45,531 nucleotides of DNA from Octopus bimaculoides (taxonomy: Eukaryota): the NCBI RefSeq assembly GCF_001194135.2, contig NC_069007.1, forward strand, positions 11,176,240 through 11,221,770, read 5' to 3'. Position numbers and translations under genes: made by a program. Shown piece by piece: positions 34,847 through 45,267 of the stretch. The number at the start of each line of letters is the position of its first letter. The stretch's first letter is position 1. The notes below the pieces were generated by a model. The model was given only the letters and a program-made list of their open reading frames with translations. It was not told the origin of the DNA and searched no databases.

Positions 34847-35264
34847 GTGTAGGGGGTCTTTCGTTGGTTGGTGGACAACACCTGGCTCTTCACCTTTTAT
34901 CTGCCACCACCACCCACCATCCTTCTTCCACCATCTACATATCTAGTGCCTCCCCACCACCACCTCCATCTCAGTGATAAGATTATCACTTGAGATTGAA
35001 GACAATGGTGGTGGTGGTGGTGGTGGGTATGTTGAAGTGATGTGGTGACGGTGGTGGTAGTGATAGTATCAGGGAGACATAAAGGTTATTGTTCCTTCTC
35101 CTCCCCCCGCCACCGTCGCCCTTCAATCAAATCAAATCCTTTGGCTGAATGAATAACTGGGGTTGGTGCATTTGAAGTAGTATCCGTTGAGTCAACACAT
35201 ACAATGCTCACACGAGTTGGCACACACACACACACACACACACCATGTAGAAGCTATCTTATTG

Positions 35265-35560
35265 ACTCCTGTACTTCAGTTCTGATTGACCAAATCTGTG
35301 ACCAAAGGCATTCCATCCATGACCATCACATTTTAATTTTAGACATTATATGGGATTACGTTATTCAAATTGTCCTTTAAACACGGTGGGTGTGAAATGA
35401 AGGATAATTGGTTGATATTTCTAACAGTTCGTATGATCCTATACAAACGTTTGAGTTGTTATTTAGCCTGGTCAGAACTACTCTAGAAGTCTTTTGAAGA
35501 TCAAAAGCATTCTAAGTGTGACCATCCCTTCTCATTTTAGAACTAGATTATCCATTTAGA
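35265..35560 (-). mobile_element. Family C copy plus extra tail
   Basis: ctgattgaccaaatctgtgaccaaaggcattccatccatgaccatc..ggattacgttattcaaattgtcc. Confidence 0.65.
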
Positions 35561-35599
35561 TCCCTAATAGTTTGTGCAAGCCACTACCAATACCAGAGG

Positions 35600-36560
35600 C
35601 ATGAAAGGGTTCAGAAAGCAGAAGGTCAGAAGGGCAACAGAAGATCACTGTGTAAAAAAAAGTAGGGCTTACATGCCATGGACAATGGATACAGTGGGAC
35701 CATGCATTAAGCAACTGTAGACCTGGAGAAACTCTGGAGTACTGATTAGGGAAAGTTATCTTCTTTCTTCTGCACTGGCAGACCTCATGCTAGCCCCAAG
35801 CAACCTTAAAATCTGGGGTAAAGAAATGACTCCCTCCTGTGACTTATGTGCATTAACTCTTTGCATTTTGAATCACATTTTGACTGGATGCCTTAAGATA
35901 CTAGAAGATCAATACAAGCAGAGACTTAACAAAATCCTTACATAAACTAATAAATGGACAGATTTGCTGAGAATTAAGTCCTACAAACAGGAATCACCAT
36001 TTAGAATATCATTTAAAGGGAAGTGAGAAAGCTTCTAAAGCCAAAGCAACTGAGGGGAGCCCATTTTCTATTTTATATCAGTCCTCAGACTGGGAGATGC
36101 AAGTAGATTTAAAGGCTACAATCATCTTTCTAGGAGAGATTGCTGTAGCATCACTTCAACCAGACATGTTCTTTCTGTTCAGGATCACAAGAACGATAAT
36201 CAAGAATGAACTCACAGCACTGGAAGAACAGATTTGCCATTTGTCATCAACTGAAGAAAATTAAATATCAGGACTTGGTCAATGAGGTTCTTGTCAAAAG
36301 TTTGGCATGTTCTCTATTGAAACCAGATACTACAGTTTCTTCATGAAGTCAGTGTAGTATGTTCCACAGACAATGGAACCCAAACTGAAGAAAGTCATTA
36401 GTGAAATAACCATAAGAGATGGGACCAGCTGAAGACCTTCCTGTAAATGCACAGCTAATTCAGCCTGCATTGCATCAGTCAGGTGAAAGGATGAAACACA
36501 CATCACCCCGAGATACCTACTGAAGATACAGAAGGGATCCAAACAATGTGATAGATTTAG
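35600..36560 (+). mobile_element. HERO/NeSL-like RLE non-LTR retrotransposon 3' fragment (degenerate)
   Basis: VGLTCHGQWIQW; APSNLKIWG; CCHC finger CDLC-x8-H-x4-C (35838-35891); DWEMQVDL..SLQPDM..NELT (PD at 36160-36165); stops and frameshifts. Confidence 0.85.
36465..36535 (+). ncRNA. Candidate non-circularly permuted hammerhead (decayed) in the LINE 3' UTR
   Basis: Order GUC-AGGU ... GAAAC (36493-36497) ... ACCUA-CUGAAGA (36520-36526), i.e. core strands in reversed order. Helices II and III are poorly paired in this copy. Confidence 0.35.
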
Positions 36561-36752
36561 TTATCATCAAGAGAAAGAGCTTCAGTCACTCCTGCAGTTT
36601 CTACTTGCAGCAAAAAGTCTCTGATGTTAGTTTTATTTTAACATGTACATTTATACATATATGTGTAGATATATACTTATGTATAAATAGATATTTATAT
36701 GCATATGTGTGTGTGTATTTATATGTGATACGATATGATAGATAAATATATA

Positions 36753-36789
<37 letters not shown>

Positions 36790-36790
<1 letters not shown>

Positions 36791-37033
36791 CGGAGATGCA
36801 CTTGCATAGCAAGTGACCTGATCTGAGATCGTGTGCTGGAACGAAAACAATTGCAGCGTGGAAGGTGTTTATAAGCCATTTAAAATAACACACAAAATTC
36901 GTTAGATTCACTTCAACATTTAAATTTAATTTGTCAAAATATTTTCGTCGCTTTGAGACCGCGACCTGTTCACTGACAAAATTCTGTGTTGAAGTGAATC
37001 TAACGAATTTTGTGTGTTATTTTAAATGGCTTA
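36790..37033 (-). mobile_element. PLE-type terminal-repeat fragment with inverted partial copy
   Basis: Carries a minimal hammerhead; perfect 47-bp inverted repeat 36872-36918 / 36987-37033, which ends at a gap. Confidence 0.65.
36930..36980 (-). ncRNA. Minimal type I hammerhead with G3-C8 compensatory core
   Basis: UUUGUCA-GUGAACA-G-GUCGC-ggucucaaa-GCGAC-GAA-AAUAUU-U|UGACAAA. Perfect 7-bp helix I, perfect 5-bp helix II, palindromic helix III. Confidence 0.8.
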
Positions 37034-37751
37034 NNNNNNNNNNNNNNNNNNNNNNNNNNNNNNNNNNNNNNNNNNNNNNNNNNNNNNNNNNNNNNNNNNN
37101 NNNNNNNNNNNNNNNNNNNNNNNNNNNNNNNNNTATATATACATATATATATATATATATATGACCCATAATTGATGCCTCAGGTAAGACTGACTACTTC
37201 AGGATTTGTGGGGAAGTGGGGTATGAAGGTGGATGGTTGGGGTATTAAAAAGTACTCAGGATTATTGGAGAAGATGGTGGTGTGGTGTAGTTTTACAAGT
37301 GATAAGGAGATCATGTGACATCTACCCTAGTAACGTCTACCCAGTTACTTCCTTACAGCTGCAAGGTAAAACTGAAAAAAAAAACAAAACAAGTAGATGA
37401 CTTATGAATCACACACATACACACACAGGCACACACATATGCACACATGCGACATGCTGTGTATCTCTCTTTTTGTCTCACACACACAACTCACTTTCTC
37501 TTCCTCTCTCTGTCTTTCATTCACACACACTCACACACACTTTATGTACACAAACACACCTATAATTTTATCAGGGCTTCTAGATTACAAAAAGCAGGAT
37601 ATATGAAGGAAACGACAGACATTTAAGTCATATAATTCCAAGCTCATACTTTAAAACTGACCCAGAGGTAAATACCTGTCTTTCTTTTCTCCTGTATTGT
37701 TTAATATTACACTGCATCTGAGCTCTGTATTTAAACTCATCAGCACCATCA

Positions 37752-37951
37752 TTAACACTCTCGGCAAAATGCTTAGTGGTATTTTGCCCATCTTTATGTT
37801 CTGGGTTCAAATTCTACCGAGGTCGACTTTGCCTTTCATTCTTTCAGGGCCAATGAAATAAGTCTCAGTCGAGCACTGGGGTTAATATAATCAACTAGCC
37901 TTCAGCCCCAGATTTCAGGCCTTGTGCCTAAAATTGCCTATAGTAGAAAAG
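37752..37951 (+). mobile_element. SINE family B
   Basis: gggttcaaattctaccgaggtcgactttgcctttcattc. Confidence 0.88.
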
Positions 37952-37952
37952 A

Positions 37953-38200
37953 GGCCTTCCTGGATCAGGAGGATCACATCTCTATCATCACCCCCTGCCA
38001 ATTTTTTCTTTTTTTAAGCCTTCGTATGCTATGCATATATCCCTTCTTTTACAGTGTATGCCATGTATATTTTCTTTCTTTTCTTTTTCTTTTAATCATT
38101 TCATTATATGTAAACCCCCACACTTTATGTCTGTCTTTGTATTATCTCCCTCATCCTTCGCCCTTTCGGCAAATAAATGAAACCATTATTATTAATATTA
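37953..38200 (+). mobile_element. Tx1/L1-like LINE 3' UTR with AATAAA and (ATT)n
   Basis: gaggccttcctggatcaggaggatcacatctct is shared in reverse complement with 40710-40743, where it follows an ORF2-like terminus; ends ggcaaataaa. Confidence 0.5.
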
Positions 38201-38209
38201 TTATTATTC

Positions 38210-38424
38210 AAGGCAGCAAGCTGGCAGAATCATTAGCATGCCAGGCAGAATGCTTAGCAGCATTTCGTCTATTCTTAGGTTCTGAGTTCAAATGCCACAA
38301 AGGTTAACTTTGCCTTTCATCCTTTTGGGATCAATGAAATAAGTACCAGTTATGTACTGGAGTCGATGTGATTGACTAGCCCTCTTCCCCAAAATTTCAA
38401 GCCTTGTGTCTATAGTAGAAAGGA
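38210..38424 (+). mobile_element. SINE family B, full length
   Basis: aaggcagcaagctggcagaatcattagc..aagtaccagttatgtactgg. Confidence 0.92.
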
Positions 38425-38929
38425 TTATTATTATAACTAGCTGGCTCCGTGCCATCAAAAATGACGGCTAATTGTAGTATTTTGTAAATAATTATGGATG
38501 GTAAATCAAATTAATACACTTGTCAATGTTATCTAGTTATTGTCTTTTGAGATGTGACATTGATCATCGTTTGTTACTGAAAGAACGCTGGTTCACACAT
38601 ACTAACATTCACATACTTCCCTTGTACATGCACACACATACATACATACAGAGTTGAAACGTTGTTTGATTTTTCTTTTCGACGTTGAATGTTCACTATC
38701 CCACTTCCATTGAACACACACACACAAACGTTCACATACCTCCCTTTTACATACACACACACACACATATACTCACACTGCCACTACCAGTTTACCATCA
38801 CCCCTTCTTTCCTTATTCATCTATCACCCCTTACTTTCTCATTCACATGTTGTGACAGAGAAAAACACAAGAGTATTATTATAGTAGATAATTATCATCA
38901 TCATTATCATCATCATCATCATCATCATC

Positions 38930-39152
38930 ATGGCAATGAGCTGACAGAATTGTTAGAACAGTGGAGAAAATGCTTAGCAGCATTTCGTGCATCTTTATGT
39001 TCTGAATACAAATGCTGCCAGGCTCCACTAGGCCTTTCATCTCTTCCAGGGTCAATAAACCAAGCACCAGTTGAATACTGGGGGTCCATGTAATTGACTC
39101 ACCCCCTCCCCACTCACCCCCACATTGCTGGCCTTGTACCAAAATTTGAAAC
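38930..39152 (+). mobile_element. SINE family B, diverged, with (ATT)n tail
   Basis: ggcaatgagctgacagaattgttag..gcctttcatctcttccagggtcaataaac. Confidence 0.85.
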
Positions 39153-39165
39153 CATTATTATTATT

Positions 39166-39476
39166 AATATTGATTTGACTCACGCTCAGTCTTATGCCTA
39201 GTAGTATTTATGTGGATTATGTGTGTTACTACCTGTCACCTTAGGTACCCACAATTTTTCAGTAGTCTTTCAAGTGCTTAGAACCCTCCTGATAATCCTC
39301 TTTCCTGTCTTTAAGTAGCAAACTTTCTGTCGAAGCTCCGCAAGAATTCTATTCCAATCTCCTTCAGCCATTTCTCTATATCTTTGCATACAGTTCCCAA
39401 TGCACCAATTTATTAAAGGCACAACCTTTACTGTTTTCATATTCCAAATTCTTGTCATTTCAAATTTTAAGGGATT
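39166..39476 (-). mobile_element. Second R4/Dong-like 3' fragment (different subfamily)
   Basis: PLKFEMTRIWNMKTVKVVPL / IGALGTVCKDIEKWLKEIG / RIIRRVLST*; (TAA)n at both ends. Confidence 0.8.
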
Positions 39477-39677
39477 TATTATTATTATTGTTGTCGTTGT
39501 TGTTATTGTAGACATCACACAGTATACAATGTTGTGAGGTTGTTGATTGAAGATATTGTGTCTACCGTGGGGTTTGTACTGTTTGTCAAGTCACAACAAG
39601 GATCTCACACAGACAGTACTTTACACAATATGCATGCAGTGCTGTCTGTCTGAGGTCTGTTGTTATTATTATTATTG

Positions 39678-39894
39678 TCCTCCTCCTCCTCCTCCTCCTC
39701 CTTCTTCTCTTTCTTCTTCTCTTTCTTCTTCTCTTTCTTCTCCTCTTTCTTCTTCTCCTCTTTCTTCTTCTTCTCCTCTTTCTTCTTCTCCTCTTTCTTC
39801 TTCTCCTCTTTCTTCTTCTTCTTCTTCTTCTTCTTCTTCTTCTTCTTCTTCTTCTTCTTCTTCTTCTTCTTCTTCTTCTTCTTCTTCTTCTTCT

Positions 39895-39929
<35 letters not shown>

Positions 39930-39937
39930 TTCTTCTT
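39678..39937. repeat. 260-bp pure polypyrimidine/polypurine tract: (CCT)n, degenerate 12-15-mers, (CTT)n
   Basis: No purine seen on + between 39678 and 39937. Confidence 0.95.
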
Positions 39938-40074
39938 ATTATTATTATTATTATTAGAATGCAAAAAGCCAAAGCAAATGCCACAAAAATATGTTGCAGT
40001 GTTTGTTCCAACATTTTACATTTTGAGTTCAAGTCTCACGATGGTTAACTTTATCTTTTATTTTTGTCTTTTTA

Positions 40075-40180
40075 TCCATTATCATCACCATCATTACCTC
40101 ATCATCATCATCACCATCAACATCATCACCATCAACATCATCACCACCACCACCACCACCACCACCATCATCATCTTTTC
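40075..40180. repeat. (CAT)/(CAC)n microsatellite
   Basis: Directly visible. Confidence 0.9.
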
Positions 40181-40689
40181 ACTTCAATGTGAGTTTCTAC
40201 TGCAACACGAGGTGTACCCACATGTTTCTGAGATATGTGCTAGCATTGTGCTTTGGGAATGTAACAGTTGTTTTCTTGCTGCAACTGTTTTTCATGTTTG
40301 TGTTGGTTTGTTTCATTTCTGGGGGCTATTTTATCATTAATTGGGTGTAATATGAGTTGTGTTGAATGTGTGTGGTATTATGTGTTAAGCAATGATTGTG
40401 GAGAATATCTCCTATGTGGGTTGATGAATTGAATTTGTGCTACAAAAGGATGTTGGCTACCTGTTATAATAAGGATAATAATAATAATGATAATGATAAT
40501 ATAATAATAATAATAATAATAATAGTAATAATAAAATAATGATAATAAGAATAGTAATTAGTTATTATTATTAGTGTTATTACTGTAACAATTGAGGATA
40601 ATGGTTAACGGAATTAGTGCAGCGCCAGAGAAAATGCAATATTTAATCGTATTTTCCTGTCAACTTTCTTTTGCAAATTTCTGTGGCCA

Positions 40690-40932
40690 AGCAAATACCC
40701 TTTCATTGAAAGAGATGTGATCCTCCTGATACAGAAAGGCCTCTAGAGATAATCGAGAAACCCCACTGTCTAAGATTTCCCTGAAACTCCAAGAGCAAAT
40801 GCCCTCTCCATTTCCTTCTCTTTGACTCACAGGTCTACACTTAGAGAGGTACCATCCACTCTTGCCATTTTCGCAACTTTCACCCACCTTTCAATAATCG
40901 CACTCAAAGACAGCACTTCGCTCTCCACTCTC
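40690..40932 (-). mobile_element. Tx1/L1-like ORF2 C-terminus plus start of 3' UTR
   Basis: RVESEVLSLSAIIERWVKVAKMARVDGTSLSVDL*; its UTR matches 37955-37990. Confidence 0.5.
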
Positions 40933-41091
40933 ATGTCCCTGTAACTTAGCAGTTTAACAAAAGACAGCAATAAAATAAGTACTAGGCTAACAAAGAATAA
41001 GTCCTGGGGCCAATTTCTTTGACAAAAATGCCTTTCAATGTGGTGCTCCAGCATAGGCATAGTCAAATGACTGAAACAAGTAAAAGAATAT
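40932..41091 (+). mobile_element. SINE family A 3' part
   Basis: catgtccctgtaacttagc..gtcaaatgactgaaacaagtaaaagaata. Confidence 0.88.
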
Positions 41092-42375
41092 ATATTGAAG
41101 TAAGAAGTTAAAATGTTAACTGACATTTTAATGAATTCAGTGGTTTTTAAAGAATTTAAGACCATTAGAATAAATATGATTCTATATCATCAACAGAAAT
41201 ATATGTTTTATACAAAATGTAGTGTTGCAATTTCTTGGAATCCTCTCTAACAGTGTTTCTGAAAGTTATTTTTGTTATATGAGTTTGATAAGATTTTACT
41301 AAAATTGTGGAAGCCATTATTTTACAGAAAATCCTTACAGTTACTCTAATCTCAATATCAATAATTAAATGAAAGAAAACTTGTTATAGGGAGAGAAATT
41401 GTATATTTAAACATGTACTTTTAAAATAGTGAATATTCTTTTTATAAAATATATTTTCATTTAAATCTTGTATTGCAAAAATTAAATATACCACCTTAAA
41501 ATTTCATTACCCTTAACTGTGGACAGGAGTTTTATATACCAATCTATCCATTGTTAAGGAATGTCAATGTTTGGAACTATTTCCCATTGAGATATGTCAA
41601 GTTTATTAAGGCAACACGACCTACAGGGAATACCAATTCTGTTTTGTTTTTTTTTTGAGATATCTAACATCATTACTGGAATAACCATGAAATTTAATTT
41701 TGCAGTTAAAGGGTTAATTTTATTAGTGATAACTTCATTTTGTGGAATGCCAAAATTCTTTTAGAAATGCAGTATGTTTTTCTTTGATTCCATTTCAAAA
41801 AAAGACTTCTCTAGGAAGATATCTGATAGAAGATAAAGAACTTTTGATGGCAATGTTTAGAAACTCATCTAAACAACTAAGAAAGTTCTTTTAATGTTAT
41901 TATGAGTTACAACTTTGGTAAATAGAATTTCCCTCTCTTGCAATGACAGTTATAATTTTGTGAAATTCCAACATGATATTTCAATGTCTTCTTTTGAAGC
42001 AATCATCCCTTTAGAATCATTCAATAATTTACTTTTAGAAAGGAGTAAAAAAAAGATTAAAATTAAATCATAAATTTCTCAATTTTGTTTTGTATCTAAA
42101 AATATGACAGTTGTAACACTATTAAGATAGAACGTGACGTTATTTTGATTTCATTCCAAAGAAATGTTATCCATCATCGCTGCTTTATGTTAAAGATTTT
42201 TGATTATCCCTGCCCCATACAAACCTAGCTGATGATTCTTCTTCCATGTCACTACTTTGCTGCTTTTCTACTTTCACGTTATACAAGACATCCACCCCAA
42301 TTCCTAAATCATATACGAGCAATGAACAATACTTTACTAATAGATTTGTCTAACCTTCAGTAATAGATTTGTCTA

Positions 42376-42597
42376 GGCGCAGGAGTGGCTGTGTGGTAAG
42401 TAGCTTGCTTACCAACCACATGGTTCCGGGTTCAGTCACACTGCGTGGCATCTTGGGCAAGNNNNNNNNNNNNNNNNNNNNNNNNNNNNNNNNNNNNNNN
42501 NNNNNNNNNNNNNNNNNNNNNNNNNNNNNNNNNNNNNNNNNNNNNNNNNNNNNNNNNNNNNNNNNNNNNNNNNNNNNNNNNNNNNNNNNNNNNNNNN

Positions 42598-42634
<37 letters not shown>

Positions 42635-42841
42635 TTGTTTGTGTGTCTGTGTTTGTCCCCCTAGTATTGCTTCACAACCGATGCTGGTGTGCTTATGTCC
42701 CCGTAACTTAGTGGTTTGGCAAAAGAGACTGATAGAATAAGTACTAGGCTTACAAAGAATAAGTCCTGGGGTCGATTTGCTCGACTAAAGGCAGTGCTCC
42801 AGCATGGCCACAGTCAAATGACTGAAACAAGTAAAAGAGTA
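42376..42841 (+). mobile_element. SINE family A, young full-length copy spanning a gap
   Basis: Near-identical to 887-1289. Confidence 0.92.
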
Positions 42842-43744
42842 ACCAATGCTAGCATGGGAAAATGGGCATGAAGGAACAAATATGCAATATTTTTTACCAG
42901 ATTGTTTATTACTATTTATTTCTGAAGAATTGTAGCTTGGAACTGCAGTTACGTTGTAATCTCGATCTGTTTAGACTTATCTAATATACATGCACGCACA
43001 CACACGTGCAGACACACACACACACACACATGCACACACACACACAGAGACACACATGCATACACACATGCACACACATACACACACATACACCATCACT
43101 TTACATTCACTTTTCATGCGGATATAAGATGGACAGTTTGCCACTGTCCAAATCAGTTCTTATCCAGAATTTCTATCCCCTGAGATGAGTTGAAGAACTC
43201 TGAGAAAGGAGTAAAAAATACTGCCCTCCTTTCTTCTCACTTACATCCTGTTTTTGGCATGGCTCCTATCACTCACTGCCCTTCTAAACACCAAACCATT
43301 ACAGACTGCACTGGGTCTATTTTAGCACAGCACCAACAATGGAGAGGTTGTTATGCCATACATCAGACTAAAAACTTCTCTCATTATCTCTCCCTTCATT
43401 TGCCATCCACTTTCCAGAGTGTATTGAGTGCATTTAATCATGTAATTAATTCTGTTGAGATTACCTTTTGAACCAAAAGGCTGAGAGCACCCACTATCCT
43501 GCTGCATCACTGTCAAAAATAGGTGCAGATAGACATATATATATATCTAGAGTAGATAAAGTCCGGGGTACATATGTTTCATAGCGATCGGACCCTTAGA
43601 AGTAGTAAATATACCACAGGCTACCTGTCAGGCCAAGGATATCTTGAAAAAAAAAATGAAGTTTACATTGTTGTAAGGAGGTGCATGTTAACATACGGAA
43701 GATTGAAAAACTTCATTTTTCAAGATACCCTTGGCCTGAAGAGT

Positions 43745-44126
43745 TGTTGTTGGCACTCTGTCGCTTACGACGACGAGGGTTTCAGTTGATCCGATCAACG
43801 GAACAGCTTGCTCGTGAAATTAACGTGCAAGTGGTTGAGCACTCCACAGACACTTGTACCCTTAATGTAGTTCTCGGGGATATTCAGCATGACACAAAGT
43901 GGGACAAGGCTGGCCCTTTGAATTACAGGCACAACAGAAACAGGAAGTAAGAGTGAGAGAAAGTTGTGGTGAAAGAATACAGCAGGGTTTGCCACCATCC
44001 CCTGCCGGAGCCTCGTGGAGCTTTAGGTGTTTTTGCTCAACACTCACAACGCCCGGTCTGGGAATCGAAACCGCGATCCTATGACCGCGAGTCCGCTGCC
44101 CTAACCACTGGGCCATTGCACCTCCA
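43745..44126 (-). mobile_element. SINE family D (tRNA-Arg-like head), young, with perfect 13-bp TSD
   Basis: Head TGGAGGTGCAATGGCCCAGTGGTTAGGGCAGCGGACTCGCGG..GGTTTCGATTCCC (TCG anticodon-like); (AAC)n tail; TSD tggcctgaagagt at 43732-43744 and 44127-44139. Confidence 0.95.
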
Positions 44127-44254
44127 TGGCCTGAAGAGTAGCCTGCAGTAAACACCTCGCTTGGATATTTACTATTTCCAAGTTCCACTTGCTATGAAAC
44201 ATAAGTTGCCTGGATATTATCTATTCCATTCCTTAACTCTTATATATATATATA

Positions 44255-44370
44255 GAATGAGCTTCTTTCAGTTTCCATCTACCAAATCTACTCAGAACGC
44301 CATGCTGTGGAACTGAACCCATAACCATGTAGCTGGGAACTAAGCTTCTTACCACACAGCTGAGCCTGCA
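44255..44370 (-). mobile_element. SINE family A 5' half, internally deleted
   Basis: gagcttctttcagtttccatctaccaaatc..cttaccacacagc. Confidence 0.8.
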
Positions 44371-45039
44371 GATTTGTCAAAGATACTTTTGCTGAAAATA
44401 TTCCAACTGTATAAGATAAATTTTTCATGTTAACATCGTATTTCACAATGAAACAAAATACAGAATGTTTTTGAAAACAGTTGTATTGTCATTATTTAAT
44501 ATCATAATACTAAGGATTGCACTTTTCCAAAAGACATCTCTGGTTTCTCAATTTTGTTAGCAATTTTGTCATCGAGATCTGCATTCCATTTCAGCATGTT
44601 TCCAGAATGTATAAGGCAAGTTATATTTTACCATATATGGTTACTTTATGATCCACATGAGGATCCACACAATGAATTCCAGTGTAGGGTTAACGTACAG
44701 AAATGGTTTTATGGAGATTTATTATGAGGTATAACATATTACATGGCTATGAAATATTATTGATAAGAGTTTGACTGTTTGTACATTGAGTATAACAATA
44801 TCACTGTCATTTACACAAAAGAGGTCTTTTATCAGAGATTTTGTGAGAGATTTAGAATTCAGTCATTTAAGGGTGAATAACTTACCTGTTGTGCGGCTGC
44901 ATATATAATATATAGATTCCCTATAGCGGAAGTCTTTCAAGGAATTATTGTGAAAAATATAGCAAACAGAACAGAAGCAGTTATATCACTATGGCTTACT
45001 GTTTTACCCCACCACTGATTGTATATATATTTAGATATA

Positions 45040-45042
45040 TTA

Positions 45043-45100
<58 letters not shown>

Positions 45101-45120
45101 CATGGTGGTTACACACACAC
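45040..45120. repeat. (GT)n microsatellite
   Basis: Directly visible. Confidence 0.95.
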
Positions 45121-45267
45121 AATGTTAATTAAAGTGTTAAGAAGACCACTATGCAATAAAGTTCCAAACATATTAATGTAGAATTTATTGGAACATAAAC
45201 TTTCCATGTATAGACTTTCAAGTTAATCTTAACTTACTGCAGAGGCCAGTATGTGTGTGTGCGTGTG

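Noticed and set aside
43190-43471. 93-aa plus-strand ORF; the opposite strand is faintly like a LINE endonuclease
   Set aside because: Neither reading has diagnostic motifs.
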